Both the position numbers and the translations under genes were made by a program. Source: the human T2T-CHM13v2.0 reference genome, Homo sapiens. Taken from it: a DNA stretch of 64,000 nucleotides. Below, piece after piece: positions 1-22,440 of this stretch. The notes under the pieces are model-generated. The model had not been told where the DNA came from and searched no databases. It was given only the letters and a program-made list of their open reading frames with translations. Numbering within the stretch: position 1 is the first letter of the stretch; each line of letters opens with the position of its first letter. The DNA lies in the NCBI RefSeq assembly GCF_009914755.1, contig NC_060943.1; one strand, given 5' to 3'.

Positions 1-700
1 ACCTGTGTGTCTGTCCATCTTTCTCTGTCTCTCTCTCCTCCCATCTCTGTCTCTGTCTCTCTGTCTGTCTCTGCACCTGTGTCTGTCCATCTTTCTCTGT
101 GTCTCTCTCCTCCCATCTCTGTCTCTGTCTCTCTGTCTGTGTCTCCGCACCTGTGTGTCTGTCCATCTTTCTCTGTGTCTCTCTCCTCCCATCTCTGTCT
201 CTGTCTCTCTGTCTGTCTCTGCACCTGTGTCTGTCCATCTTTCTCTGTGTCTCTCTCCTCCCATCTCTGTCTCTGTCTCTCTGTCTGTGTCTCCGCACCT
301 GTGTGTCTGTCCATCTTTCTCTGTGTCTCTCTCCTCCCATCTCTGTCTCTGTCTCTCTGTCTGTGTCTCCGCACCTGTGTCTCTGTCCATCTTTCTCTGT
401 GTCTCTCTCTCTCCTCCCATCTCTGTCTCTGTCTCTCTGTCTGTGGCTTCGCACATGTCTCTGTCCATCTTTCTCTGTGTCTCTCTCTCCTCCCATCTCT
501 GTCTCTGTCTCTCTGTCTGTGTCTCCGCACCTGTGTGTCTGTCCATCTTTCTCTGTGTCTCTCTCCTCCCATCTCTGTCTCTGTCTCTCTGTCTGTGTCT
601 CCGCACCTGTCTCTGTCCATCTTTCTCTGTGTCTCTCTCCTCCCATCTCTGTCTCTGTCTCTCTGTCTGTGGCTCTGCACCTTTGTCTCTGTCTATCTTT
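1..700. repeat. Pyrimidine-rich VNTR, ~74-80 bp unit, at least 9 copies, runs off the window start
   Basis: Unit starts (acctg/acatg/acctt) at 1,75,149,223,297,373,453,529,605,679. Confidence 0.95.
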
Positions 701-891
701 CTCTGTCTCCACTTTCCTCCTGTCTTCTCTCATGTTGCTCTGTCTTTGTTTTCCATGCGCTTCCAACACTTCTCCCTTCGCTCTCTTCATTGTGTCTCAA
801 CTCAAGTGTTACTTCTTCAGAGCCCTTCCCTGAGCCCTCCCCTAGTCTGATTCAGGGTCTTCACTCCCCTATTTGTTTTTTCATCTTATAG

Positions 892-1272
<381 letters not shown>

Positions 1273-1841
1273 TCTTGTGTGTTTATTTTTCTAGTAGCTG
1301 TTTCTTTCATTAGTGTGGGAGCCCCTTGGGGACAGGGCTGGTGTCTGTTATGTTCACTGATAAAAACTATTCACTGCAGATGTGTTGAGTGGATGGATAA
1401 AGGGAGATACAAAAATAGAGAGAGACAGACAGGAGAGGGAGAGATGAAGGCTGACGGAGAGAGAAAATAACAACAGACAACAATGGTAGCTTACTATTAA
1501 TTAACCTTTAGAATATGTTAAATTAATTGTAAGGAGGTCAAGAACTTACCTTATGTCTGGCCCTCTTCTAAGTATTTTAAATGCAATAACAAATGTATTC
1601 CTCAAAAAAATCTAAGAAGTAGATGCTGCTATGAACTTTGTTTGACAGATGGAGAAACTGAGGCACAGAGAGGGTAAGTAGTTTACCAAGGTCACAGAAA
1701 GACTGAGGCCAAAAGAGAAGAACAGACAGAAGTGGGTAGATGGAGAGTAGGAGAGAGCTGGGAACACACTGAGAGATGTGGCCAAAAAGATAGGAAGACG
1801 CTGAAAGAGAGACACGTCTCAGGAATTAGGAATAATCATCA

Positions 1842-2194
<353 letters not shown>

Positions 2195-2540
2195 CTATCA
2201 CCTCTCTTCTAGTTGTCATGGTAACAATTTTATACAAGTTAACTAGTTTTAATTTTCATAACTCCCTGAGGTACTCATCATTATTCCCAATGTGATGAAA
2301 GAGGAAATGAACGCACAGAGAGGGCAAGCTACTTATTGAAGATCACACAGCAAAGCAGCCATGCACGTGGGCTGCCTGACCCCAGAGCCCATATCTTGAG
2401 CTGTTATGCCACCTCTCTCTATAAGTCAGGAAACAGAAGCTGAAGCCAAAGGACAGGTGGGCCTTCCTGTAGATACACAGGTCATGGGGTCCCACCCTGG
2501 CCCACTATCCATCACCTGAGTCATCTGAGTTCACCCCCAC

Positions 2541-2658
2541 CTGCGGATGAGATGCAGCCTCAGCCAGAGAAGCCAGGGAGTATTGCTGGGGAGGGGAGGG
2601 AATGCGGCCACAGACGGGGCCACCCGCCCACCGAGAGAGCCCGCTCTTACTGTATAAC
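2541..2658 (-). promoter_or_regulatory. Candidate TATA-like promoter plus short non-coding exon on the KLK4 strand
   Basis: GTTATAC at 2658-2652, GC box at 2629-2624, donor GCAG|gtgggg at 2541. Confidence 0.4.
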
Positions 2659-2753
2659 TGGAAGAACAAGCCCCTTCTACCTCCCATCCCCCTGGGGGCT
2701 GGCTGAGCCACAAGAGGCATGAATCTCTGGATGCAGTGGTGCCGCTGCACTAA

Positions 2754-3098
<345 letters not shown>

Positions 3099-3488
3099 TA
3101 AGGCTACCTTGGGGCAGATTGTATTACACAAGAAAAGTCTTTTCCTTCCTTAGTATGGACGATAGGATATTCAGTAGGAAGAAAACTCAAAAGTCCTGGT
3201 GTGAGTGGCTCCTTTTCCTGCTCCGGTCTCAAGAGGAGAGAGGCTGGGACTGAATGGTGCAATCCTGGGATCTCCTCCAGAAGTGGGGAGGAGGATGGAG
3301 AGACGGACTTTGGGAGAAGGAAAGATGGAGCTCACTCCAGCATGAGGGAGGTGCAGGGAGGCAGAGAGAACACAGCCTGTTTGCCAGCAAGATGGGAGGA
3401 TGGCTGTGGGCTGGGGGGACCACTCTGGGGAGGATCTTCTAGCCACTCTGCAGCAGCAAGTAGAAGAACCCCAGTAAATAATAAAGGA

Positions 3489-4299
<811 letters not shown>

Positions 4300-4369
4300 T
4301 TAAGATCTAATTATGCAGGCCATAGTGGGCAGGTGTGGTCAAGGGACTAGCTTTTAAATTTTATTTAGG

Positions 4370-4674
<305 letters not shown>

Positions 4675-5259
4675 TTATTTAGTTTTAATTAATTTAAATG
4701 TAAACACCCACACCTGATTCAGTTATTGGGAGAGTTTTAATTAAGTATGTTTGGAACAACGTGGGTGCGTGAATCATCTTTTTCAACTCTAAACTTTCTG
4801 GGCTCTGAATGCAGATCAAATATTTCTGAAAAAACTTAGCATCCAAATTGCAATGTGCTGGGAGTGTAAGTATATACACTGGATTTCGAAGAACTGGTGT
4901 GGAATAAAGAATGTAAATTCTCTTACTGATTTTTTTTACATTGGTTACATGTGGAAATGACAAGTTTGGATATATCAAGTTTAATATGTTACTAAGATTA
5001 ATTTTACCTGTTTCTTTTTCCTTTTTAAATTTATTTATTTTTTTATTTTTGCAGAAACAGGGTCTCACTAGTTGCTTAGGTTGGTCTTGAACTCCTGGGC
5101 TCAAGTGATGTGCCTGCCTCAGCCTCCCAAAATGTTGGGATTACAGGCGTCAGGCACTGCACCTGGTCCAGGTTTCTTCTTAAATGTTCCCTCCTGACCA
5201 CCTGTCTAGAATGGCTCCATCTCTTTACCCTGATTTTATTGTTATCAAGTATGTAAGTC

Positions 5260-5770
5260 TGTATTCATTTCATTTCCCATTGCTGCCGGAGTAACTACCA
5301 CACGCTTAGTGGCTTAAAACAAAAGAGATGCATTCTCTTACAATTCCAGAGGTCATAAGTCCAAAGTGTCTAAAGTGGGCTAAAGTCAAAGTGTCAGTAG
5401 AACTGATTCCTTCTGGAGGCTTCAGAGGAGGCTCTGTTTCACCCTTGTTTCCAGCTTTAAGATGTCACCTGCCTACCTTGGCTGGTGGCCGCATCCTCCA
5501 TCTTCAAAGCCAACAGTCGCCTGCATCATCCTGACCTCCGCTTCATGTACTCACCCTCCTTCTCTGACTGACTCTTCTGTCTCCCTCTTATGGGTGATCA
5601 AGGTGATCTTTGTGATCACCTGGAGCCCCCTCGGGTAATCCAGGATAATCTCCTCATCTCCAGATCATCCACTTAATCCATCTGCAAAGTCTGTTCTGCC
5701 ACGTGAGGTCACATATGCACGGGGTCTGGGGATTGGGACATGGACATCTTTGGAGAGGGGGTATTATTCT
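5260..5770 (-). mobile_element. MLT1-family MaLR LTR
   Basis: taccacacgcttagtggcttaaaacaa...ccttctggaggct...ggacatctttgg motifs. Confidence 0.7.
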
Positions 5771-5947
5771 GTGTACTCAAAAATCGCGGCATATTCAGTG
5801 ATTTGCTCGTTTATTGTGCCTGCCTCTGCTAGACCATAAGCTCCATGAGGAACAAAACATGACCCTGTCAGGGTCACCATTGTATCCCCAATGCCAGGGA
5901 CGATGCCTGGCACATAGTAGTTGATCAGTAAACATTCACTGAGGACT

Positions 5948-6291
<344 letters not shown>

Positions 6292-6796
6292 TCATGCTCT
6301 TATGAACAAGTGATTTACAGTAACAGAAACCGTTTTGAAATTGGCATTGCGTTTTACACTGATTAAGAGACGGACTCTGGAATACACACTTGTCATAGTT
6401 CAAATCTCTGCTCTGCCATTCACTAGCCGGGCAACCTTAGGCAAATCGTACTTTCTCTGTGCCTCGATTCCTTATCCGTGAAATGGGGATAGTTACAGTA
6501 GTTGTCTCATAGAATGTTAGAAGGATTAAATGAATTAGTACATACAAGGCAGTTAGAACTCTGCCAGGCGCAAAGGAAGTGCTTCATAAGCGTTAGCTTT
6601 CATTGTCATTGTTAATATTATTCTGCAAATATCTGAAATGATATTTAACAAAACATGATGCAAACCCAAGCATAGGGGATTCGTTTGTAGTTCCAAATAG
6701 ATTAAACATCTCAGCAACACTTTGGAAGATTCTTATTGTCTCCACCTTGAGCTCACCATGAACTCAAGGAGCGAGAGAATACAGTCCGTACAAGTT

Positions 6797-7588
<792 letters not shown>

Positions 7589-8507
7589 AACTCATTTCAA
7601 AACTGAGTCTGGATTTCATTCTCCTAGCTTGACAAATTCAGCTGCCAAATTGCTGATTAAAAGCAGATTTCCTTCTTAAAGGGGAAAGCCATGGTTTTTT
7701 TCTGAAAGGAGAGGAGAAAGCCTTATCGTTTCTGTTTCATAAAAGGAAACTTTCATGAACTGCTTCCTGGCTCCTCTGGTTATGGAGTGAAATTCATTGC
7801 AATTTCTTAGGATCTCTACCCGGGCCACCCACAGAGGGCTCTTGAACAACATGCAGGCTGCAGACACATCTGGCCTGTCTCGTAGAGTCTGGACTTTTTT
7901 GTTTGCTTGTTTGTTTGTTTGAATGGATCACGAGCATTAAAAGGTCAAGAGATTGCAAGTTTCTCTTGAAAAGGCCACGGTATCAGTCAATATCACGCCT
8001 GCATTCCCACGTGGCCATAATCCAGCATCAGCAGGTGCTGAGTGGCCACCCCGGGGGCACCCTGTGGTTTTCCTTGGCCCACACACAGTCAGCTTCCCTC
8101 ATTTATACTTCCTGCCTGGCCCCAGGAGGTGGCTGAGTTTGTGACCTCGGTGGAGAAAAAAGCATGGACACACAGAGACATGGATATAAAGAGATCAGAG
8201 GGAAAGAAAGTCACAAATAACGAAACAACACCACAAAAGGAGTCATCCATCACCCTGACCATGAACATCATCATCATAGCTACTCTTGTAACGTACTTTA
8301 TCTTGTGCCAGGCATTATTCTAGGCTCTTTGTAAATGTGAACTCATTTAATCTCCATGAGGTGGGAACTATTATCACCCTCACTTTATAGATTTAAACAA
8401 AGAGTCACAGAGAAGCTCCCGGGTTGTTTGCAGAAAACAGCGGGCAGGTGAGAGCGCTGGGCTGGGCACTCCCCAAGCTCGGAGCAAGTGCGCCTACAAC
8501 TGTGCAA

Positions 8508-8526
8508 TACTGCCACCTAGTGGAGC
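8508..8526 (-). promoter_or_regulatory. Candidate CTCF site GCTCCACTAGGTGGCAGTA
   Basis: Close match to the CTCF core CCASYAGRKGGCRS. Confidence 0.65.
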
Positions 8527-9191
8527 CGGAGAGACATACTCGGGGAGGACTAAAGGTTGTGGGCCCAGGGTTCTCTTGCGCCAGTCACCCTGGGCCGCAG
8601 CATCCGGCTCAGGATCCAGAAACGGGAGCAGAGGTGGCAGGAAGCAGGGCTGGCCGCCACCAGAGCTTTCCACCTGGGGACACCAAGTCATGGTCCTGAC
8701 TTTGGGTCTCTCAGATGTAAAGGGAGGGGTTCAAGCGTGACATCAGGCGAGGGCTGAGTGTCTGGCCTCATGGTCGGCTTTCCTCAGCTGAGGATAGCGA
8801 CATCGCATGGGTTTATGTGAAGTTTCAATGGGGACGTCCACACAACACGTTGGACACACAAGAGCCCGGCAAATGGTATCTCCAATTATTGCTATGAATA
8901 CAATGAAGTCACATGGTGACCTTGGTTGCCCTTCGCCATCTCCCGCTCCGCTGTGCACCCATATAGTCAAATAACAACCATGCAGATAATAATAATAATT
9001 AACTTCTCACATAATTGAGTGGCTATAGTCATTTTTTAAAAATAGAGACAGGGTCTCACTACGTTGCCCAGGCTGGTCTTCAACTCCAGGCCTCAAACCG
9101 TCCTCCCACCTCGGCCTCCCAAGTGCTGGGATTACAGGTGAGTCACTGCACCCAGCAGATTCTTTAACTTGAGTTGTTGTACTTAATATTA

Positions 9192-9587
<396 letters not shown>

Positions 9588-10132
9588 TCAATTTCTGAAT
9601 TGATTTCTTTCCCCATTTGAAAAGGAAATCAGCTTTTCTCCGCAAAATTCTCACTGGCTAGATTTGTTAGATTGGGGAAAGGTGAGAAGAAAGCAAATCT
9701 TTGTTTGGTTCCACACTTACTGAAGTGGGAGAACACTGCCGCTAATTGGTAACACATGCTAAGTGTGTGTGCTGTACCATAGTCTTAAGGGATTTGCAGG
9801 AATGAACTTGTTTATATTCCCAGCCACCCTAGGAAGTTGCTACTGTTTCTATCGCCACTATAAATAGGAAGAAACTGAGGCAAAGGGAGATTAAAGTTAT
9901 TTTCTAAGTCAAGGTGCCATGGTTCACACCTTTAATCCCACCTTTAATCCTGGGAGGCGAGGAGGGAGGATTGCTTTAGTCCAGGAGTTCGAGGCCAGCC
10001 TGGGCAATATAGTGAGACCCTTTCTCTATTAAAAAAATTTTTTAAGTCATTTTCCAAGGTCACACAGTAAGGAGCAGCCAGGTTTGGACACAGGGACTCT
10101 GGCACAAGTGTGTGTGTGTAACATCATTTCTA

Positions 10133-10597
<465 letters not shown>

Positions 10598-11444
10598 TCA
10601 TCTTCCAGGATTTTGTGGCACAGGGACAGATGCATACAAAGATGTGTTTTTATTTTTTTTTCTCTTGCCTTTAGCCACCAGGCTGGGTTTCGCACCAAGA
10701 AACGTGTCTCCCGGAGCTTAGACCACTTGGTGAATTCTCTTTCTTGTTATCAGAATTGAAGACCTGTAATGCCTGGTTAGTGTCAAGGTTTGTGAAACAC
10801 TGTTTGGATAATTACACAAGTTATAAAACAATAGCTGGTGTGAAAATTACAGATGATTCATAATTACACATATGGCTGTCAAGCTTTCTGCTAGAGAGTC
10901 TTTCAGCCTGCGAGAACTCAGTGGGAGGAACTTTTTTTTTTTTCCTAAAGGGATCTCATTGCTCATTCTGCAATGATTAGAGCTGGCCAGAAAATAGACA
11001 CTGGCAATACAGCAAATAAAGTCGAAGGGAAAATGCAATCAGAGAGATCTAGGAGGACGACAATATTTTTTACTGAGCACTTCCGATATGCCAGACACAT
11101 TTTTATTATGACATTTTATTTTGAAACAGTTCAAAACTCACAAAAATTGCAAACTAGTGCAATAATGCCCATGTACCCTTCATCCAGATTCTCCCAATGG
11201 TAACATTTTTTATAAGGATAGTACACTGTCAAAACTAGGAAAACATCGTTGATACCATGCTGTTAACTCACATAGAGACCTTATTTGGATTTCATCATTT
11301 TTTACATCTCTCTCTCTGTCTCTCTCTCCACCCCATCCCCACCATCTGTTTGTCTCTGTTTCTCTCTGTCTCTCTTTTCATGTATCTAGTTCTTATAGCT
11401 CTATAGATAAAGGTAACCATCACCACAGTTGGGATACAGAACTA

Positions 11445-11841
<397 letters not shown>

Positions 11842-12477
11842 CTATATGGTTTCTGTTATCAACCAGTCAACTCTGCTTCATCGAACAACTCATACTCAAT
11901 ACATACATGAATAAGCATGGCTGTGTTCCAATAAAACTTTATCTACAAAAGCAAAACAAAACAAAACAAAAGACCACCTTTGAGTTGGTCACAAACTTTG
12001 TGAAACATCATTGAGTCAGTTGCGTAAGTTATACAACAGTGACTAAGTGTGAGAACTAGTGATGACTCCCTTCATTGTTATCAGTGGAGATAGATGATGC
12101 AGACCTGGCTTATTTCTTAAGGTGCACTGTTTCAAAAAGCTACAAAAACTCAGGACAAGCTCCTAATTGTGAAGATGAACAATTTCACTCATCTTGGTCT
12201 ACTGCCTTGCAGGGGTGTTTTGGTAGAGTGGTTTCTCGACAGTTTTTCTTGAAACCCAAATCCAAATCCAAAGCTTTGCTGAGTAATCCATTATCCTTGA
12301 AACAACCCCGTGAAGTTGTACTATTATTCTTGCATTTGTACTATTATTCTTGTATTTTGGCTCGGAAGACTGTGTGCCTAGCTGCTCTGCTATCCTGTCT
12401 CTGTCCAGCACACACATACACACACACGCACGCGCGCACGCACACAAATGTCAACATTGGTTTCCTCTGGTTGGTGA

Positions 12478-12873
<396 letters not shown>

Positions 12874-12929
12874 TGAGAGTTCGAGGTGCCCCACGAAGTG
12901 TGCAACATCTTGGCGTTTTCATCTTATTT

Positions 12930-13696
12930 ATTTTTATTGAATTTATTGTAGTTTTTTGTTATTTAGTTTTTATTTCATAATCATAAACTTAACTCTGCAA
13001 TCCAGCTAGGCATGGAAGGGAACAAGGAAAACATGGAACCCAAAGGGAACTGCAGTGAGAGCACAAAGATTCTAGGATACTGCAAGCAAGTGGGGTGAAG
13101 GGGTTCTCTCCCAAGCTACAGAAGGAATGGTCTGGTCGTTAAGATAAAATACAAGTCAAACTTAGAGTTGTTCACAGTCAGCAATGGTGATCTCCTTGCT
13201 GGTCTTGCCATTCCTGGGCCCAAAGTACTCCATGGCCTCCACAATCTTCATGCCTTCTTTCACTGTGCCAAAGACCACGTGCTTGCCATCCAACCCCTCA
13301 GTCTTGGCAGTGCAGATGAAACACTGGGAACAATTTGTATTGGGTCCAGCATTTGCCATGGACAAGATGCCAGGCCCTGTATGCTTTAGGATGAAGTTCT
13401 CATCATCAAATTTCTCCCTGTAGAGGGACTTGCCACCGGTGTCTTTATGGCGTGTGAAGTCACCACCCTGACACATAAACCCTGGAATAATTCTGTGAAA
13501 GCAGGAACCCTTATAACCAAATCCTTTCTCTCCAGTGCTCAGAGCATGAACCTTTTCTGCTGACTTTGGAAACTTATCTGCAAACAGCTCGAAGGACACG
13601 TGGCCTAAGGGCTCTCCATCAACGGCGATGTCAAAGAACACGGTGGGGTTGACCGTGGCTGATAGTACAGGACTCGCAGCGGCAGTGTCTGCAAAG
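12930..13696 (-). pseudogene. Processed pseudogene of PPIA (cyclophilin A); coding-derived part 13656-13162
   Basis: Intronless [13 protein letters not shown]...[16 protein letters not shown]...GKHVVFG. Start codon is ACG instead of ATG. PPIA-like 5'/3' UTR, AATAAA at 12974-12969 and a decayed A-tail. Confidence 0.95.
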
Positions 13697-13869
13697 CCTA
13701 TTTTAATTTTTTAAAACCGATCTGATGGGTGGGTGGTAGCGTCTAATTGTGGCTTGAATTGGATTTCCTCTCATGACGAAAGAAGTTGAGCATTGTTTCG
13801 TGTGCTTTATGGCCCTTTGTATGTCTGCTGTTGTCAAGTGGACCTGTGTACACCGAGAGCTGACCCACT

Positions 13870-14672
<803 letters not shown>

Positions 14673-14760
14673 TTATGGATTCAGTAGGCTGCCCTTTAAA
14701 TAATGTCCAGGCTCTAGGCTACTTCTCAGATGCATCAGTGATGCATTCCAAAAGTGGTAG

Positions 14761-15219
14761 TGTTACCATGCAACCAGTGGGCTCACAGCCCCATGTGCAT
14801 AGAGGCCAATACCATAGCACCGGCTTTTGAGAAAAGAAAAACTTAATTGCACGTTGATCAGCAAAAGGACATAGGAGGAAACACCTGACTCTGTCTCCCT
14901 GAGCTGGGGGCTGGAGCAGGTTTTATAAGCATGGAGTAAGGAGGCGTGATCTGATTGGATCTGGCAATAAGGTGATGCTGGAGAAGCATGATCTGACTGG
15001 ATCCTGCCATGGGGTGACACCAAGGCTCAAATCTGATCGGATCCTGGATCCTGCCATGCAGTGTCAGCTTCTTAATTCAGTCCCTGCTCCTCCATCCAAG
15101 CACTTTGGTTCCCCCTGTGGTTGCACGCATGGTTCATCTGGGTGTACTCAGGTTATATGACCTGAAATACCATGGCAACTGAAAAACATCTCACAACTTT
15201 GTTACATAAAAGTGGAACC

Positions 15220-15220
<1 letters not shown>
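14761..15220. mobile_element. Probable ERV LTR fragment (family not assigned)
   Basis: TG start, ggttttataag and repeated tctgattggatc motifs typical of reverse-oriented LTRs. Confidence 0.45.
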
Positions 15221-16031
<811 letters not shown>

Positions 16032-16092
16032 CTGGATTCCAAATTTCATGCCCCTCCCACAACTTTCCCAGGTCCCAGTTCAGTTCTTGCAA

Positions 16093-16111
16093 AGGCCTCC
16101 AGGTGGCGCGA
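16093..16111 (+). promoter_or_regulatory. Candidate CTCF site AGGCCTCCAGGTGGCGCGA
   Basis: Close match to the CTCF core, with a CAGTTC upstream-motif-like element at 16081. Confidence 0.65.
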
Positions 16112-16736
16112 TAGAGCAAATGGTGGATTCCGCTAACTTGGGTTTACAATTTCTTCCTGGGAGGCTTGCAGGGTGGGGCACTTACTTGAACGTGCACACG
16201 AAACACCAGGGGATCTTATGGAAATGCCGCTTCTGGTTCAGTTGGTCTGGAGTGGGACTGTGTTTTTTAATATGCTTCCAGGGCATGTCGCTTCAGCTTT
16301 GAGCAGCAAGAGCTTCATTCAGTGGGATAAACAGCCCTCGCCACACCTGTGCAGGCAGCCAACTCCAGAACAGTAACTAATGACGTTCATGACAATCACA
16401 GAAACAACGATTTCCACATGTTTATTCTGTGCCGGCCTCTGTGTTCTTGTCTTTGCCTTTATGCGCATTCTCTCCTTTAATGCTCAAGGCAGTCTCATGA
16501 AGTAGCATCATTTTACAGAATAGGAAACAGGTAGGATTGAACCAGTCTGTGTCTATTGCACCCCTTCCCTTTTTCCTACAGGATAGATGCCATCCCTGGG
16601 GGACTCAGCCCAAGGCATGGGGGAAGAGAGGCCGGGGCTCTGGGGGATTGGCTGCAAGGCCAAGCGGTGGGACGAGGCCGCTTAGGCAGCGGGATTGTGG
16701 GGATTAGGAGGAAGAGTGAGATCAATAATATGCAAA

Positions 16737-17029
16737 GGGCCGGGCACGGTGGCTCACGCCTGTAATCCCAGCACTTTGGGAGGCCGAGGTGGGCAGATTG
16801 CTTGAGGTCAGGAGTTCGAGACCAGCCTGGCCAACATGGTGAAACCCCGTCTCTACTAAAATACAAAAAAATTAGCCGGGTGTGGTGGTGAGCACCTGTA
16901 ATCCCAGCTACTGGGGTTGGGGGTGTTGCTGAGGCAGGAGAATCACTTGAACTCGGGAGGCACAGGTTGCAGTGAGCTGGGATCGTGCCGCTGCCCTCCA
17001 GCCTGGGCAACAGAGCCAGACTCCTCTCA

Positions 17030-17066
<37 letters not shown>

Positions 17067-17070
17067 TAAT
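16737..17070 (+). mobile_element. Alu with (AAT)n tail
   Basis: Full dimer. Confidence 0.9.
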
Positions 17071-17769
17071 AAAATAGAAAGATCTGCAAAGTAACCCCAG
17101 ATCCTGCACTACCTCCCTTACAACTCTCACCAAAGGAATCCTTTCTCTCTCTCTCTCTTTCTCTCTCTCTCCCTCTCATTTCTCCCTCTCTGTTTGCCCT
17201 TCTCTTTCCAGATCTCTCTCTGGGTCTCTTTCTCTTCATCTCTCCTCCTCCCTCCCTCCTTTCCTTCCTCAATCCTCTTGCTCTCCCTATGTCCTTCTTC
17301 CATCACTTTCTCTATGATCAGTGTTTCAGTCTCTCTCTCTCTCTCTGTTTCTCTCTCTCTCTTTGAATGTCACCAAAGCTAGCTCTTCCCCTCTTTCTGA
17401 ATCTTTCTCTACCCTCCCCACCCCCAGTCTCTTTAAACTTGAGTCTTTCTGTTGAGGTGGTATGAGCCTACAGTCCCAGCTACTCCAGAGGCTGGGGTGG
17501 GAGGATCCCTTGAGCCCAGGAGTTTGAGTCCAGCCTGGGCAACATAGCAAGATTCTGTCTCCAAAAAAAAAAAAAAAAATCTGAGTCTGTTTGTCTCACT
17601 CTCCCTAAGTTTCTCTCTTTAAGTCTCTCTGAGTCCATCTGCCTTAAATCTATTCCAGTATATCTCTCTGTTCCTCTCTTTCTTCCTTTTCCTCCCTTCC
17701 TCTCTCCCTCCTTCCTCTCCCCTCCAAATCTGTCTCTCTCCATCTCTCTCTGTCTTTACATCTGTTTGA

Positions 17770-18103
<334 letters not shown>

Positions 18104-19199
18104 AAGTCTTTCTTTCTTTAACGTTCTCAGAGTCTCCCTACTTCCCCCATTCCTACCCCTTCACCTCACATCCTTATGGCTTTGGCCCTATGTACCTATG
18201 TTTGCTTTCGCTGGCTCAATCTAGTGTTGTGGTTACCGGCACGGGCTTAGGACTCCTACGCCCTTGACTCAAATTCCGGCTCTGCCAAGTACCGGCTGCA
18301 GAAATTGAGCCAAATGCACCAAACCTCCCTGCTCCTCAGCCTCCTGGCTGGCTGAGGGCCTCCCTCCTAAGGTTTCTGTCAGGACCAGGAGGAATAAGCA
18401 TGCAATGAATGCAGTGAGGTGTCTGGCACTGGATGAATGGTAGATGTTGTCATCATCATCATTATTATTATTACTAATAAAAGGTAACCCACAGCCAGCC
18501 TCTCTGTAGCCAACAATTAGATGCTTATCTGGTGTGTGGAATGCAGGGGGGGAGGGCCCTCCCACCAATAAAATTGGGGCCACTCCCTGACCTCGGTTTC
18601 TCGCCAGGATCAACCACCCCAAGAGCGAGGACCGGGTGGAGGATGTGCCAGCTTTCTGAGCCACACCTGCTGACACTTTTCGCCCTCAGTCAAAGCCTAT
18701 CTGAGATCTTCAGCCAATTCTGTGCATTTCATTTTTTTTTCTTTTATAAAAAGTGGTTTATCTATTTCCCTTTTTATTTTAGAGACAGGTCTTACTATGT
18801 TGCCCGGGTTGGTCTTGAACTCCTGGGCTCAAACGATCCTGCTGCCTTGGCTTCCCAAAATGCTGGGATTACAGGTGTGAGCCACAATTTTGTACATTTC
18901 AGAGAGGTATGTATTCAAGTGAGAATCAGCCACCGCTGGGTTACATTAAGTGTCTGGTTTAGCAAGTCAGGGATATAAAACAGCATCAGAAGGTGGCCAC
19001 AGTGAGCAGGAACCACAACACACAAACACACACACACACTAGTCTCACGGGTGGCTCAGCCCCAGGTCAACATCCATTCAAGCTATGGCTTGACAATTTG
19101 ACAAGCTACTTTTTACTCCATTTATAGCTTAGGTGAAGAGGTTGAATATTAAATGCATTATTATCATCACTGGTTCAAACAGATTCCTTTCTTCATTTT

Positions 19200-19616
<417 letters not shown>

Positions 19617-19619
19617 TGA

Positions 19620-21610
<1,991 letters not shown>

Positions 21611-21984
21611 TTATTTCTTGCACCGCCACAGCCGCATTTTTCTCACCACTTACATCACCATGCAGGAAATACACTGATCTCCTCCACCCTTAATGGGAAC
21701 AATTTACAGACATCTGTCCCCTCCTGGTTCTGGATCCAGCCTCCATGTTAAAAAGACATCTTCATCCAGGAAAAGAAAGTCAAGGCTGCCCAGGAAAATC
21801 TGCACAATGTCTTAGCTCATCTTTCAGTTTCCAGAAGCTTCATTTCCCATACCATCCTCTCTATATCGGCATATAGAAAACCAACTACGGTAGCCCGGAC
21901 ACCCAAGATTGTATTCTGCCTGTTCCAAGCCCAGATGTAGGAAGTCCATGCATGGAGCTCCGAAGGAAATCATCAGAAATGTGA

Positions 21985-22440
<456 letters not shown>

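Noticed and set aside
1-700. CRISPR-like periodic array
   Set aside because: Units are near-identical throughout with no unique spacers; human DNA, no cas genes.
5-891. Three overlapping 244-294 aa ORFs
   Set aside because: Stop-free only because the CT-rich VNTR lacks stop codons; all frames are open and low complexity.
12316-12355. 20-bp tandem duplication ttgtactattattcttg(c/t)at
   Set aside because: Ordinary slippage event with no sign of function.
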